A stretch of 64,000 nucleotides of DNA from positions 112,158,001 through 112,222,000 of the forward strand of contig OZ336877.1 in assembly GCA_965287045.1 (NCBI GenBank). The letters are read 5' to 3'. This DNA is from Carcharhinus amblyrhynchos. Its lineage: Eukaryota. The notes below the pieces were generated by a model that was given only the letters and a program-made list of their open reading frames with translations, searched no databases and was not told where the DNA came from. Every line of letters starts with the position of its first letter. The first letter of the stretch is position 1. The position numbers and the translations under genes were made by a program. Shown piece after piece: positions 50,619-61,659 of this stretch.

Positions 50619-52235
50619 GGGCAAAACTTAGGGAAATAAATAGTGATGTCTTGAGGAGTGTACATATTACAGAGCAGGAGGTGCTGGAGGTCTTAAAGCG
50701 CATCAAGGTAGATAAATCCCTGGAACCTGATGAAATATATCCCAGGACGTTGTGGGAAGCTAGGGAGGAAATTGCAGGTCCCTGAGCAGAAATATTTGAT
50801 TCATCGACAGCCACAGGTGAAGATTGGAGGTAGCAAACGTTGTGTCTTTGTTTAAGAAGGGCTGTAGGGAAAAGCCTGGAAACTACAGACTTAACGTCTT
50901 TAATGGGTAAGTTGTTAGAAGGTATTCTGAGAGACAGGATCTCAGGCATTTAGAGAGGCAAGGACTGATTAGGGACAGTCAGCATGACTTTGTGAGTGGA
51001 AAATCATGTCTCACAAATTTGATTGAGTTTTCTGAAGGGCTAACCAAGAAGGTAGAAGAGGGCAATGCAGTCATGTTATCTACTTGGACTTTAGCAGGCC
51101 TTTGACAAGGTACCGCATGCTAGATTGTTGCACAAGGTTAAAGCTCACGGGATCTAGAGTGAGGTAGCCAATTGGATACAAAATTGGCTTGACGACAGAA
51201 CACACAGGGTGGTTGTAGAGGGTTGTTTTTCAAACTGGAGGCCTGTGACCAGCGGTGTGCTTCAGTCATCAGTGCTGGCTACACTGTTATTTGTCATTTA
51301 TATTAATGATTTGGATGAGAATTTAAGAGACATGGTTGGTAAGTTTACAGATGACACCAAGATTGGTGACATAGTGGACTTTGAAGAAGATTAGAGTTGC
51401 AATGGTATCTTAATCAATTGGGTTGGTGGACTGATGAATGGCAGATGGAACTTAATTTGGATAAATGTGATGTGCATTTTGGTAGATTGAATTGGGGCAG
51501 GACCTACACAGTTAATGGGCATTGGGAAGAGTTATAGAACAAAGGGATCTAGGGGTACAGGTTCATAGCTCTTTGAAAGTGGAATCACGTATGGACAGGA
51601 TGGTGAAGAAAGCATTTGGCATGCTTGCTTTCATTGGTCCGAGCGTTGAATACAGGAGTTGGGATATCGTGTTGAAGTTTTACGAGACACTGGTAAGGCT
51701 ATCCTAGAATACTGTGCTCAGTCTGGTCACCCTATTATGGAAAGGATACTATTAAACCAGAAAGAGTGCAGAAAAGATTTACTGGGATGCTGTTGGAACC
51801 TGATGGTTTGAGTTATAAGGAGAGGCTGGATAGACTGGGACTTTTTTCTCTGGAGCATAGAAGGCTGAGGGGTGACCTTATAGAGGTCTACAAAATAATG
51901 AGGGGCACAGATCAGCTAGGTAGTCAATATCTTTTTCCCAAAGGTAGGAGAGTCTAAAACTAGGGGGCATAGTTTTAAGGTGAGAATGGAAAGATAAAAG
52001 CGGGTCCAGAGGGGCAATTTCTTCACTCAGATGATGGTGAGTGTCTGGAACGAGCTGCCAGGAGTAGTAGTAGAGGCTGGTATAATTTTGTCTTTTAAAA
52101 AGCATTTAGACAGTTACATGGGTAAGATGGGTAAAGAGGGATTGGGACTAACTTAAAGGTAAAAACTGAGCAGCACGGACAAGTTGGGCCGAAGGGCCTG
52201 TTTTCATGCTATAAACCTCTATGATTTTATGACAC
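50619..52235 (+). mobile_element. Decayed CR1 (RT to tail)
   Basis: KVDKSLEPDEIYPRTLWEAREEIA, FTDDTKIG and RRLRGDLIEVYK; gggccgaagggcctg tail. Same subfamily as 61660-63125. Confidence 0.92.
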
Positions 52236-52544
52236 TAACCAATAGGCTTTGCTGGTGTCTTTATGAGTACCCATCAGGCTACATTTTCAATGATGGCGGA
52301 GTACTGAATCAGGGATCACAGTCTAAGGATACGGGGTAAACCAGCCTGTGGAATTTGCTACCACAGAAAGCAATTGAAGACAAAATATTGTACGGCTCTT
52401 GTACATTGTCTAGCTCCTGGTGCTAAAGGAATCAAAGGATATGGGGGGGAAAGCAGGAACAGATTACTGAGTTGGATGAATGGCAGAGCAGGCTTGAAGG
52501 ACCGAATGGCCTATTCTTACTTCCTATGTTTCTACGTATGTGGA

Positions 52545-52848
52545 TTTCGTTGGCAGGACCAACATTTATTGCCCATCCTTAATTACCCTTGAATTGAGTG
52601 GCTTACTGGGTGGCCATTTTGCAGTCAATCACATTGCTGTGGGTCTGGAGTCACATGTAGGCCAGACCAGGTGAGGATGGCAGATTTCCTTCCTTAAAGA
52701 AGTAGATGGGTTTTTACAACAATCGGCAATGGTTCCATTCGACCTTTAGTTCCAAATTTTCTATCAAATTGAAATTTCACTATCAACAAGTGGTGAATTC
52801 AAACCTGGGTCTCTGGGTGGCTAATCCAGTGACAATACCACTGTGCTG
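52545..52848 (-). mobile_element. SINE-B
   Basis: catttattgcccatccttaattacccttgaattgagtggc...gggtctggagtcacatgtaggccagaccagg. Confidence 0.85.
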
Positions 52849-52850
52849 TT

Positions 52851-53430
52851 GTGAGGGGAATTGAATACAAAAGTGGGAAGGTTATGCTTCAGTTGTACAG
52901 GAGACTAGTGAAACGATATTTGGTATATTGTTTACAGAATTGCTCATCTTTGAAGAAAGATGTAAATGTGTTGGAAGCAGCTCAGCAAAGATTTACAAGA
53001 CTAACACCTGGAATGGGCAGCATGTCTTATGAGGAAAGGTTAGAAAGGCTAGGCTTGTATCCACTGGAGTTTAGAAGAATAAGAGGTGACTGGATTGAAA
53101 TATAAGATCCTGAGGGGTTTTGACATAATGGGTTGAGAGAGGATGTTGGGGAGAATATAGGTGTCAATGTTTAGTAATAAGGGGTCACCACTTTACATGA
53201 AGACGAGGTGAACTATTTCACTCAGAGCCTTTGGACCTCATTTGGAAGCAGGGTCTTGGAATATTTTTAAGGCAGAGAGGGGTAGATTTTTGGTAAGTAA
53301 GGGAATGGAAGATTATTGGGAGTAGGCGGAATGAAGATTGGAGGTACTTTCAAATCAGCCGTAATCTTATTAATTGGAGGAATAGGCTCGAGGGGCTGAA
53401 TGGCCTATTCCTACACCTTGTTCATGTTTG
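52851..53430 (+). mobile_element. Decayed CR1 3' fragment
   Basis: RGIEYKSGKVMLQLY...YEERLERLGLYPLEFRRIRGD; tail ggctcgaggggctgaatggcctattcct. Confidence 0.88.
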
Positions 53431-53499
53431 TAGATCTTGGGGGTGCCCATTGAACCAAATTCTCTTGTGATTCGCTACCAAATAGATTGTATCTGTCAT

Positions 53500-53670
53500 T
53501 TTTTGATTTTGATTTGATTTGATTTATTATTGTACAGTGAACAGTATTGTTTCTTGTGCACTATACAGACAAAGCATGCCGTTTGTAGAGAAGAAAATGA
53601 GGGAGTGCACAGTGTAGCATTACAGTCATAGATAGGATGAAGAGAAAGATCAACTTAATAAAAGATCCAT
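53500..53670 (-). mobile_element. Rex1/Babar LINE 3' tail fragment
   Basis: (TTTGA)n followed by tttattattgt...tgtttcttg...agagaaagatca; homologous to 58616-58790. Confidence 0.75.
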
Positions 53671-54097
53671 TTTTCCTCTTTCTGTTTGGAGCTTGAAGAA
53701 CTATACTCCGTTTCTAAGCGGAAAGCTTTTCTGCCAAAAAACAAACCTTGAATTAGCCAATTTTCCAACCATCAAAGGAAGTTCATGTTCTTGGTTTAAC
53801 TCCTCCCTTGACCTGCTGCCAAGTTTGGCAACTTGTCAGTTGGAACATTACAGCACAATATAGGAGATTAATGATGTGCTCTGCCACATTTTGACGCTCT
53901 TCAACAAGGTCTCATGGGATGACACCCACACATCTGCCAACTAGCATTGAGCTATCGCTGTAGCTTTTGCTTCTTAAAGGGGAGCAGGACTTATTGTAAT
54001 TTTGGAACCATCTGTGTTGGGATTCAATGTTGAAAAATGTAACAATGGATTCTCATTTCATGGAATGATACCAAATGAAGAATTGTTTGGAGTCTTT

Positions 54098-54223
54098 GGG
54101 CAGGATTTTCTGGCCGCACTCATTCCAAAACTGGAAAATCCCAGCTAAGGTCAATGGACCTTTGCATGGTCTGCCAACTGCAAGTTCCGATTCCCGTGGT
54201 GGTGGGCTGGGGAAACTCCCCCC
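54098..54223. mobile_element. MITE-like element
   Basis: Termini gggcaggattttc / ggaaactcccccc, with an internal ggaaaatccc repeat. Confidence 0.55.
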
Positions 54224-54849
54224 TTGATGAATATTTTTATGATATCATTATAAATGTCACCAAGTCACCTCTGCTACAAAGAGGGTGGGTGATGGGCATA
54301 AGGGTTCAATATTAGCAAGGAAACACAGAGGACTAAGAATCACAGATAACATTAACAATGTGCATTCACTGGTGAGGACATCTTCAATACAGTAAAACAC
54401 ACAAAGTAGCTTGTGTAACCGAATGATATTTGAAATGGGGCTGTATGTGAAGATATAAAGTGGTATATTGTACAGAGCCTTATTGAAGGGAGGAAGGACA
54501 CTGGCAGTGCCAGCCTGTGCGCCCTGGCACTACACAAGGGGAAAAGTGCCCATACCCAGGGGGCACCTTGACACTGCCTATTGAGCAATGGGCAATGCCT
54601 AGGGGGTGGTGCCTCGGGGGTATGGCCTGATGGGGCGAGGCCTAGGGAGTGATGGGGGGGTCCCACTGCCACTTTGCCTAGTGATCAATGAGGCCAGCAA
54701 TCGGTGCGGGCTTGGGGGGGCAGGGGTCTGCCAAGGCAAGGGGGGAGTCTGCCAAGGGGGGTTCTGCTAGGAAGGAAGGGTGTCTGCACTGCGTGGGGTG
54801 GGGGGGGGGTGGACTGGTGCTACATGGTCAAGTAAAGTAAAGTTTAATA

Positions 54850-57430
54850 AAATAGGAGAGGAGAGGTCACCCTGTTGGGAGTCTTTTATAGACCTCCTAA
54901 AAGTTCTAGAGAGGTTGAGGAAAGGATTGCGGAGACAATCCTGGTTAGGAGTGAAAGTAATAGGGTAATTGTTATGGGGGACTTTAACTTTACGAATATT
55001 GATTGGAGTTGCTATAGTTCTAGCTCGCTAGAGGGGTCAGTGTTTGTACAAAGCGTGCAGGAAGGTTTTTTGTCTCAGTATGTAGACAGGCCAACTAGAG
55101 GTGAGGCTATATTGGATTTGGTGCTGGGAAATGAGCCAGACCAGGTGCTAGACTTGGAAGTTGGTGTGCATTTTGGTGATAGTGACCACAATTCGGTTAC
55201 GTTCACCTTAGTGATGGGAAGAGATAGGCGTGAACCTCGGGTCAGCAATTTTAGCTGGGGTAAGGGCGATTATGAGGCTATCAGGAGTGAATTAGGAAGC
55301 ATGGATTGGATTAGGGGATTACAGGGACTGGGAACATCTGAAATGTGGAATTTTTTCAAGGAGCAGCTACTGCGAGTCCTTGATAGGTATGTCCCTGTCA
55401 GGCATGGTGGATTTGGTAGATCTAGGGAACCGTGGTGCACTAAAAGAGTTGAGTCGATGGTTAAAAAGAAAAAGGAGGCTTATGTTCGGATGAGATTGGA
55501 GGGCTCAGATAGTGCACTAGAAAGCTTTAGATTGGCTAGGAGGGAGTTGAAGAGTGAGTTGAGAAGGGCTAAAAGAGGACATGAGAAGACTTTGGCTGAT
55601 AGGATTAAGGAGAATCCTAAGGCGTTCTATAAGTATGTCAAGAACAGAAGGTTGGTCAGGGCAAGATTAGGGCCAGTTACAGACAGCAGGGGGAAGTTGT
55701 GTGTGGAACCGGAGGAGATTGGAGAAGTATTGAACCAATATTTCTCTTCGGTGTTCACGCAGGGGGACATGAATATAGCTGAGGAGGACATTGGGTTGCA
55801 GGGGTGTAAAATAGACAGTATTACGGTTGATAAAGAGGATGTGCTGGAAATTCTTGAGGGGCTGAAAATAGATAAGTCCCCTGGTCCGGATGGGATCTAC
55901 CCTAGGATTCTCTGGGAGGCTAGAGAGGTGATTGCAGAGCCTCTGGCTCAGATCTTCAGGTCGTCATTGGTCTCTGGTGTAGTCCCGGAGGATTGGAGGA
56001 TAGCGAATGTTGTCCCATTGTTTAAGAAGGGGAACAGAGACTTTGCCGGGAATTATAGACCGGTGAGTCTTACTTCTGTTGTGGGCAAGGTCTTAGAAAA
56101 AATTATTAGGGATAGGATTTATAGTTATTTGGAGTGTAATGAATTGATTAGAAATAGTCAGCATGGTTTTGTAGCAGGTAGGTCGTGCCTTACTAACCTT
56201 ATTGAGTTTTTTGAGAAGGTGACCAAAGAGGTGGATGGGGGTAAGGCAGTTGACGTGGTATACATGGATTTTAGTAAGGCGTTCGATAAGGTTCACCATG
56301 GTAGGCTTCTGCAGAAAATGCAGATGTATGGGATTGTGGGTAATCTAGGAAGTTGGATCAGGAATTGGCTATCAGATAGGAGACAGAGGGTGGTGGTGGA
56401 TGGTAAATATTCATCATGGAGTGCAGTTACGAGTGGTGTGCCTCAGGGATCTGTTTTGGGGCCACTGTTGTTTGTAATTTTTATTAATGATCTGGATGAG
56501 GGTATAGTTGGGTGGATTAGTAAATTTGCTGATGACACCAAAGTTGGAGGTGTGGTTGATTGTGAGGAAGGGTGTCATAGTCTGCAGGGAGACTTAGATA
56601 GGTTGCAGAGCTGGGCCGAGAGGTGGCGGATGGAATTTAATGCGGAGAAGTGTGAGGTAATTCACTTTGGTAGGAGCAACAGATGTGTCGAGTATAGGGC
56701 TAACGGGAGGACTTTGAATAGTGTGGATGAACAGAGGGATCTAGGTGTGTGTGTACATAGATCCCTGAAAGTTGGGAATCAAGTAGATAAGGTTGTCAAG
56801 AAGGCGTACGGTGTCTTGGCGTTTATTGGTAGGGGGATTGAATTTAGGAGTCGCAGTGTAATGTTGCAACTGTACACTACTCTAGTGCGGCCGCACTTGG
56901 AGTACTGTGTGCAGTTCTGGTCCCCGCATTACAAGAAGGATGTGGAGGCGTTGGAGAGGGTGCAGAGGAGGTTTACTAGGATGTTGCCTGGTATGGTGGG
57001 GAGGTCCTATGAGGAGAGACTGAGGGATCTAGGGTTGTTTTCGTTGGGAAGAAGGCGGCTAAGAGGGGATCTTATTGAAACATATAAGATGATTAGAGGT
57101 TTAGATAGGGTGGATAGTGATAGCCTTTTTCCTCGGATGGAGAAAGCTAGCACGAGGGGGCATGACTTTAAATTAAGGGGGGGTAGCTACAGGACGGATG
57201 TCAGGGGTAGGTTCTTTACCCAGCGGGTGGTGAGGGATTGGAATGCCCTGCCTGCTGCAGTTGTAGATGCGTCTAGTTTGGGGGCGTTTAAGAGATCTCT
57301 GGATAGGTTTATGGACGAAAAGGGATTGGTATAGGCTAGTGGGTCATTGTTTTTGTAACTGGTCGGCGCAACATCGTGGGCCGAAGGGCCTGTTCTGCGC
57401 TGTAATGTTCTATGTTTCTATGTTCTATGT
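54850..57430 (+). mobile_element. Young 5'-truncated CR1 with uninterrupted partial ORF2 (54851-57334)
   Basis: Open frame >800 aa: partial APE endonuclease (GVFYRPP, MGDFN, SDHN), RT ([28 protein letters not shown]), C-terminal region; gggccgaagggcct stem-loop and (TCTATGT)n tail. Confidence 0.97.
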
Positions 57431-57686
57431 TATTTATTCGTCTCTAGTAAGGCTTACATTAGCACTGCAATTAAGTTACTGTGAAAATCCCCTAGTCACC
57501 ACACTGTGGCACCTGTTCAGGTCACTGCACCTAACCAGCACATCTTTCAGAGGAAACCGGAGCACCTGGAGGAAATCCACGCAGACACGGGGAGAATGTG
57601 CAAACACCACACAGATAGTGACCCAAGCCGGGAATCGAACCCGGTTCCCTGGTGCTGTGATGCAGCAGTGCTAACCACTGTGCCAA
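57430..57686 (-). mobile_element. HE1-like V-SINE with alternative tail; tail tip (aagtaaagtaaagttta) left at 54830-54846
   Basis: Reverse-complement head ggcacagtggttagcactgctgc...gggttcgattcccggcttgggtcact, V-domain, and tail ggggattttcacagtaactt. Confidence 0.88.
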
Positions 57687-58199
57687 CATACTAGGAGGGC
57701 AGGAGAGGGGAGCTGGAGCTCAGAGTAGTCTGGGATGGGGGTGGTAGGGGTGCCAGGAATGGTCAGGGGGCCATGATCGGGCCTTACGGGAGGTTGAGAG
57801 GCAACACTGCTGGGGTCCTGGGTTAGCCAGCAATTGAGGTGGCTAGAAAATGGGAGGTTGACAGTTGGGCCATTGCGCATGCACAGAAGCCCCAGACCCC
57901 GCCCAAGGCTGAATTGGGAGGCTGCTGAATACATTCCCTGAATTGATCCCAATTATTAATAACCCAACTCAATCCAAAATGTTCCAATTGTGTGAGACTC
58001 AAACATTTTGATCTAACACTCATGACCAGAGCTTTAGAGGACGGAAAATAATTTACCTATTTTTTAAAGGAGACATATTAAACATAAGCAATATGCATTA
58101 ACTCCTCACTCTCAATTTGCCACACTTGTCTTCCCTCATTTAATATTTGAACTATTCTTACCTCCGCCATGATCATTAAGAAAACCATTTCCTTTTTAT

Positions 58200-58450
58200 T
58201 TAAAAGAGAAACATTTTGTTGAAGATTTTCATCTTGCATTCATCAGGACAAATGCAAGAATACCAAATTTCAAATGACAACAGTGATTTCCACTAAAGAG
58301 CAAAAGTGTGCTGATTGGTTGACTAGTCAATTCTGATAGGCGGAGGCATTGCCATACAGAAAGCAACAAGGAACAATAGGCTCCCCAAGCTTCTTGGTAA
58401 TTCCAAAAATGGGACAAGGCTTAAACATATTCCTTTCGTTTGGAGAGAAC
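58200..58450 (-). mobile_element. Family P1 repeat containing a near-intact minimal hammerhead motif (58215-58252)
   Basis: tttgtc-CTGATGA-atgcaagat-GAAA-atct-TC-aacaaa on the minus strand. Confidence 0.65.
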
Positions 58451-58615
58451 GGGTCCCAGCATATTAACATTTTGCAACTCTGGAGCTGGACGCTGTCTCT
58501 CAAGATGTAATGACTTTAACTAGGCAATTGAGGTTGGCCTACTTAAATATAAACTCCTCATTTAAGTGTCTAATTGATGGTCCAATCAGGGAACTCCAGG
58601 ATTTGTACTTAAACA

Positions 58616-59210
58616 GGATTTGATTTGATTTGATTTATTATTGTCTCATGTATTAACATACAGTATTGTTTCTTGCGTGCTATGCAAAGCATACAGTTCA
58701 TAGAGAAGGAAATGAGAGAGTGCAGAATAGAGTGTTACAGTCATAGTGATTGTGTAGAGAAAGATCAGTTTAATGCAAGGTAAGTCCATTCAAAAGTCTG
58801 ACAGCAGGAGGAAAGAAGTTGTTCTTGATTTGGTTGGTAAGTGACCTCAGATTTTTGTATCTTTTTCCCAATGGAAGAAGGTGGAAGGGAGAATGACCAG
58901 GGTGCATGGGGTCCTTAATTATGCTGACTGCTTTGCTGAGTCAATGGATGGGAGGCTGGTTTGCGTGATGGATTGGGCTACATTCATGACCTTTCGGAGT
59001 TCCTTGTGGTCTTGGGCAGAGCAGAAGCCATACAAAGCTGTGATATAACCAGAAAGAATGCTTTGTATAGTGCATCTGTAAAAGTTGGTGAGAGTCGGAG
59101 CTGACATGCCAAATTTCCTTAATCTTTTGAGAATGTTGATGGGCTTTCTTAACTATAGTGTCGGCACGGGGGGACCAGGACAGTTTGTTAGTGATCTGGA
59201 CACCTGGAGT
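58616..59210 (-). mobile_element. Rex1/Babar LINE 3' fragment
   Basis: LTNFYRCTIQSILSGYITALYGFCSAQDHKELRKVMNVAQSIT is typical of the Rex1-Babar RT C-terminus; (TCAAA)n tail. Confidence 0.88.
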
Positions 59211-59644
59211 GTCTGTTCCTTTGACAGCTGTAGTAGGCTGCACACTGAGAGCAGTGTGAATAGCATTGTAGGATCTTGTAAACAAAGGAATTCTGGTGAA
59301 GGGACTTTCACCTTTGAGGACTTACTACACTATGCGATTTCTAGCAACTGTAAATAAGCCAAGTTCCAAACTTGATTGATTGTCTTAAATTGTAGTGTAG
59401 TTTTTAGTGCAGCTATTGATGCACAGGATTGTTCAAATCATAGAATCACATCCCATTTGTTCTGGGCTGGTTGAGAACATTCCGTATTCTGTCAATTACG
59501 AACAACTGAAGGAACATGCTCTTTGATTCACGCAACCAATCATTGAGATGCCCATCTGTACCTGGCATCACACCAGCAGTGAAATTCATACATGACATGG
59601 CCACATGAGTGACATTTTCCACCAACAGGATTTTAAAATTCTCT

Positions 59645-60162
59645 TTTTTTTATTCATTCATGGGACGTGGGTGGCCAGCATTTATTGCCCATCCCTAGTT
59701 GCCCTTGAGAAGTGAGCTAAAAGCAAAATACAAAAACAGAAAATGCTGGCACATCTCAGCAATTCTAACAGTATCTGTGGGGAGAGATTAGAGCCAATGT
59801 TTTGAGTCTAGATGACCCTTCATCAGAATTCGGTGTCTTCTTCAATCACTGCCACATACAACTGAGTGAATTGCTAGGCCATTTCGGAGGGTAGTTGAGA
59901 GCCAACCACATTTCGGTGGCTCTGGAGTCACACATAGGCCAGACCAGGTAAGCACAGCAGATTTCCTCCCCTAAAGGACAGTGGTGAACCAGATGGGTTT
60001 TTCCAACAATCGACAATGGTCATCAGTCAATTCTTAATTCTACTTTTTTTTATTGAATTCAAATTCTCACACCTGCCGTGACAGGATTCGAACCTGGGTC
60101 CCAGAACATGAGCTGAGTTTCTGGATTAATAGTTGAGTGATAATACCACTAGATCATTGCCT
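59645..60162 (-). mobile_element. SINE-B interrupted by a family P2 remnant (59718-59830)
   Basis: Tail ttttattcattcatgggacgtggg..catttattgcccatccctagttgcc, with core and head downstream; inserted aaaatgctgg...gacccttcatcagaa block. Confidence 0.82.
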
Positions 60163-60516
60163 GCTCTAAATGCCATCAGTCCAAAAAGACATTCTACCAA
60201 CCATACTTTCTAGTGCTGATGCTCTCAGCATGAACCGATAATGCGTTGTCCAACTTCAATCTGTAATTTCCCATTGAATGCAATGAATGAAAAATCGCAA
60301 GCTGCTGGTATGATATTTTGTCATTCTGTGTGGATGAAATCTTACCAAAAATTGGCGGAGTGTTGATACTGGCACAAAAAACTGAGTGATTCCTGCTGAC
60401 AGCCCCAATGTGTTTTCGGGTGGAATCTTGTGCCTTATTAGTAATAATTTTTATGCCCATGCATTGGGAATGGAAGCATCATTCATTCTAGATCCTGAAA
60501 ACACCCATAATTCTCT

Positions 60517-60636
60517 GGCTGGAATCCTCCAGTCTCACTGCCAACCAGAATGGAGAATTTGGCACTCAGCCAAATCTCCATTCTCAGCAGCAGGACTGAA
60601 GAATCTCAGCCGTGGGTGAGATTGGAGAATGCTGTT
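60517..60636. mobile_element. MITE-like palindromic element
   Basis: Terminal IR ctccagtctcac / gtgagattggag; internal IR gaatggagaatttggc-actca-gccaaatctccattc. Confidence 0.6.
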
Positions 60637-60659
60637 TCCCTGAATTAAATACTGAACTG

Positions 60660-60965
60660 TTTAAGTTTATTTATTTATGAGTCACAAGTAGACTTATATT
60701 AACACCGCAATTAAGTTACGTGAAAATCCCCTAGCTGCCACACTCTGGTGCCTGTTCGGATACACTGAAGGAGAATTTAGCATGGTCAATGCACCTAACC
60801 AGCACGTCTTTTGGACTGTGGGAGGAAAGCGGAGCACCTGGAGGAAACTCATGCAGACATGGGGAGAATGTGCAAACTCCATGCAGACAGGGACCCAAGC
60901 CGGGAATTGAACTTGGCTTGGTGCTATGAGGCAGCATTGCGAACCACTGTGCCACTATGCTGCCC
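60660..60965 (-). mobile_element. HE1-like V-SINE with alternative tail
   Basis: Reverse-complement head gcagcatagtggcacagtggttcgca, V-domain, and tail ggggattttcacgtaactt...cttgtgactcataaataaa. Confidence 0.9.
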
Positions 60966-61659
60966 CATTGAAACTCCCTTTTTATAGGAGGGGATGATAT
61001 TGCCACTGATGACTTCTATTAGGTGCAGTTTTAGATCTGACTATACGCAGCTTCCAATGGTGTTAAGGATAAAAAGATAAGGTGACTTGTTCGTAACACT
61101 GTGTTGAGTGAGCTTCATTGAAAAGCACACTGGTGTGAATGTTAAGTGAGAACACAGCTTTGGGAATCGAATTATAGTTTTAACAATGTCTTATGTTAAC
61201 AGCTACACGAGCAATTTAATTTCTTGTCTGATCCATTTCTCTTTGCTGCTCTGTTTTTGTTCAGAACATAACCATTACTCCAAAGTATTTCCGGGTTTAG
61301 TTTGAAATGAGGCTTATAATTTATGGTGGGACATTCATGTTTGGTTTAGTCTGGTAATGACATGGTTGACTTCATAAGAAATGACTTCTTAATTTGCACT
61401 TTTGACTAATTATAAGATGCATAGAAAATGCTACAATTTCAGTTGCATTGCAAAGTTGAACACTTTCTATCTAATCAAAAATTTTAGGTTGCAGACAGGG
61501 AACAGTTGACAAAAAAAGAAGCCACACCGTTGAGGAAACATATGATCAGTGATATGCCACTGGGAAAAAAACACGCATTCGAGCATACTGAAAGAAATCC
61601 ACACTTGTTGAAAGCCACTTGAAATTTATAATTTACAAAATAACTCAGTAAAAAGAATT

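Noticed and set aside
61489-61625. Possible plus-strand exon (ttttag|GTTGCAGAC...VADREQLTKK)
   Set aside because: Weak pyrimidine tract, no recognisable homology and no partner exons.
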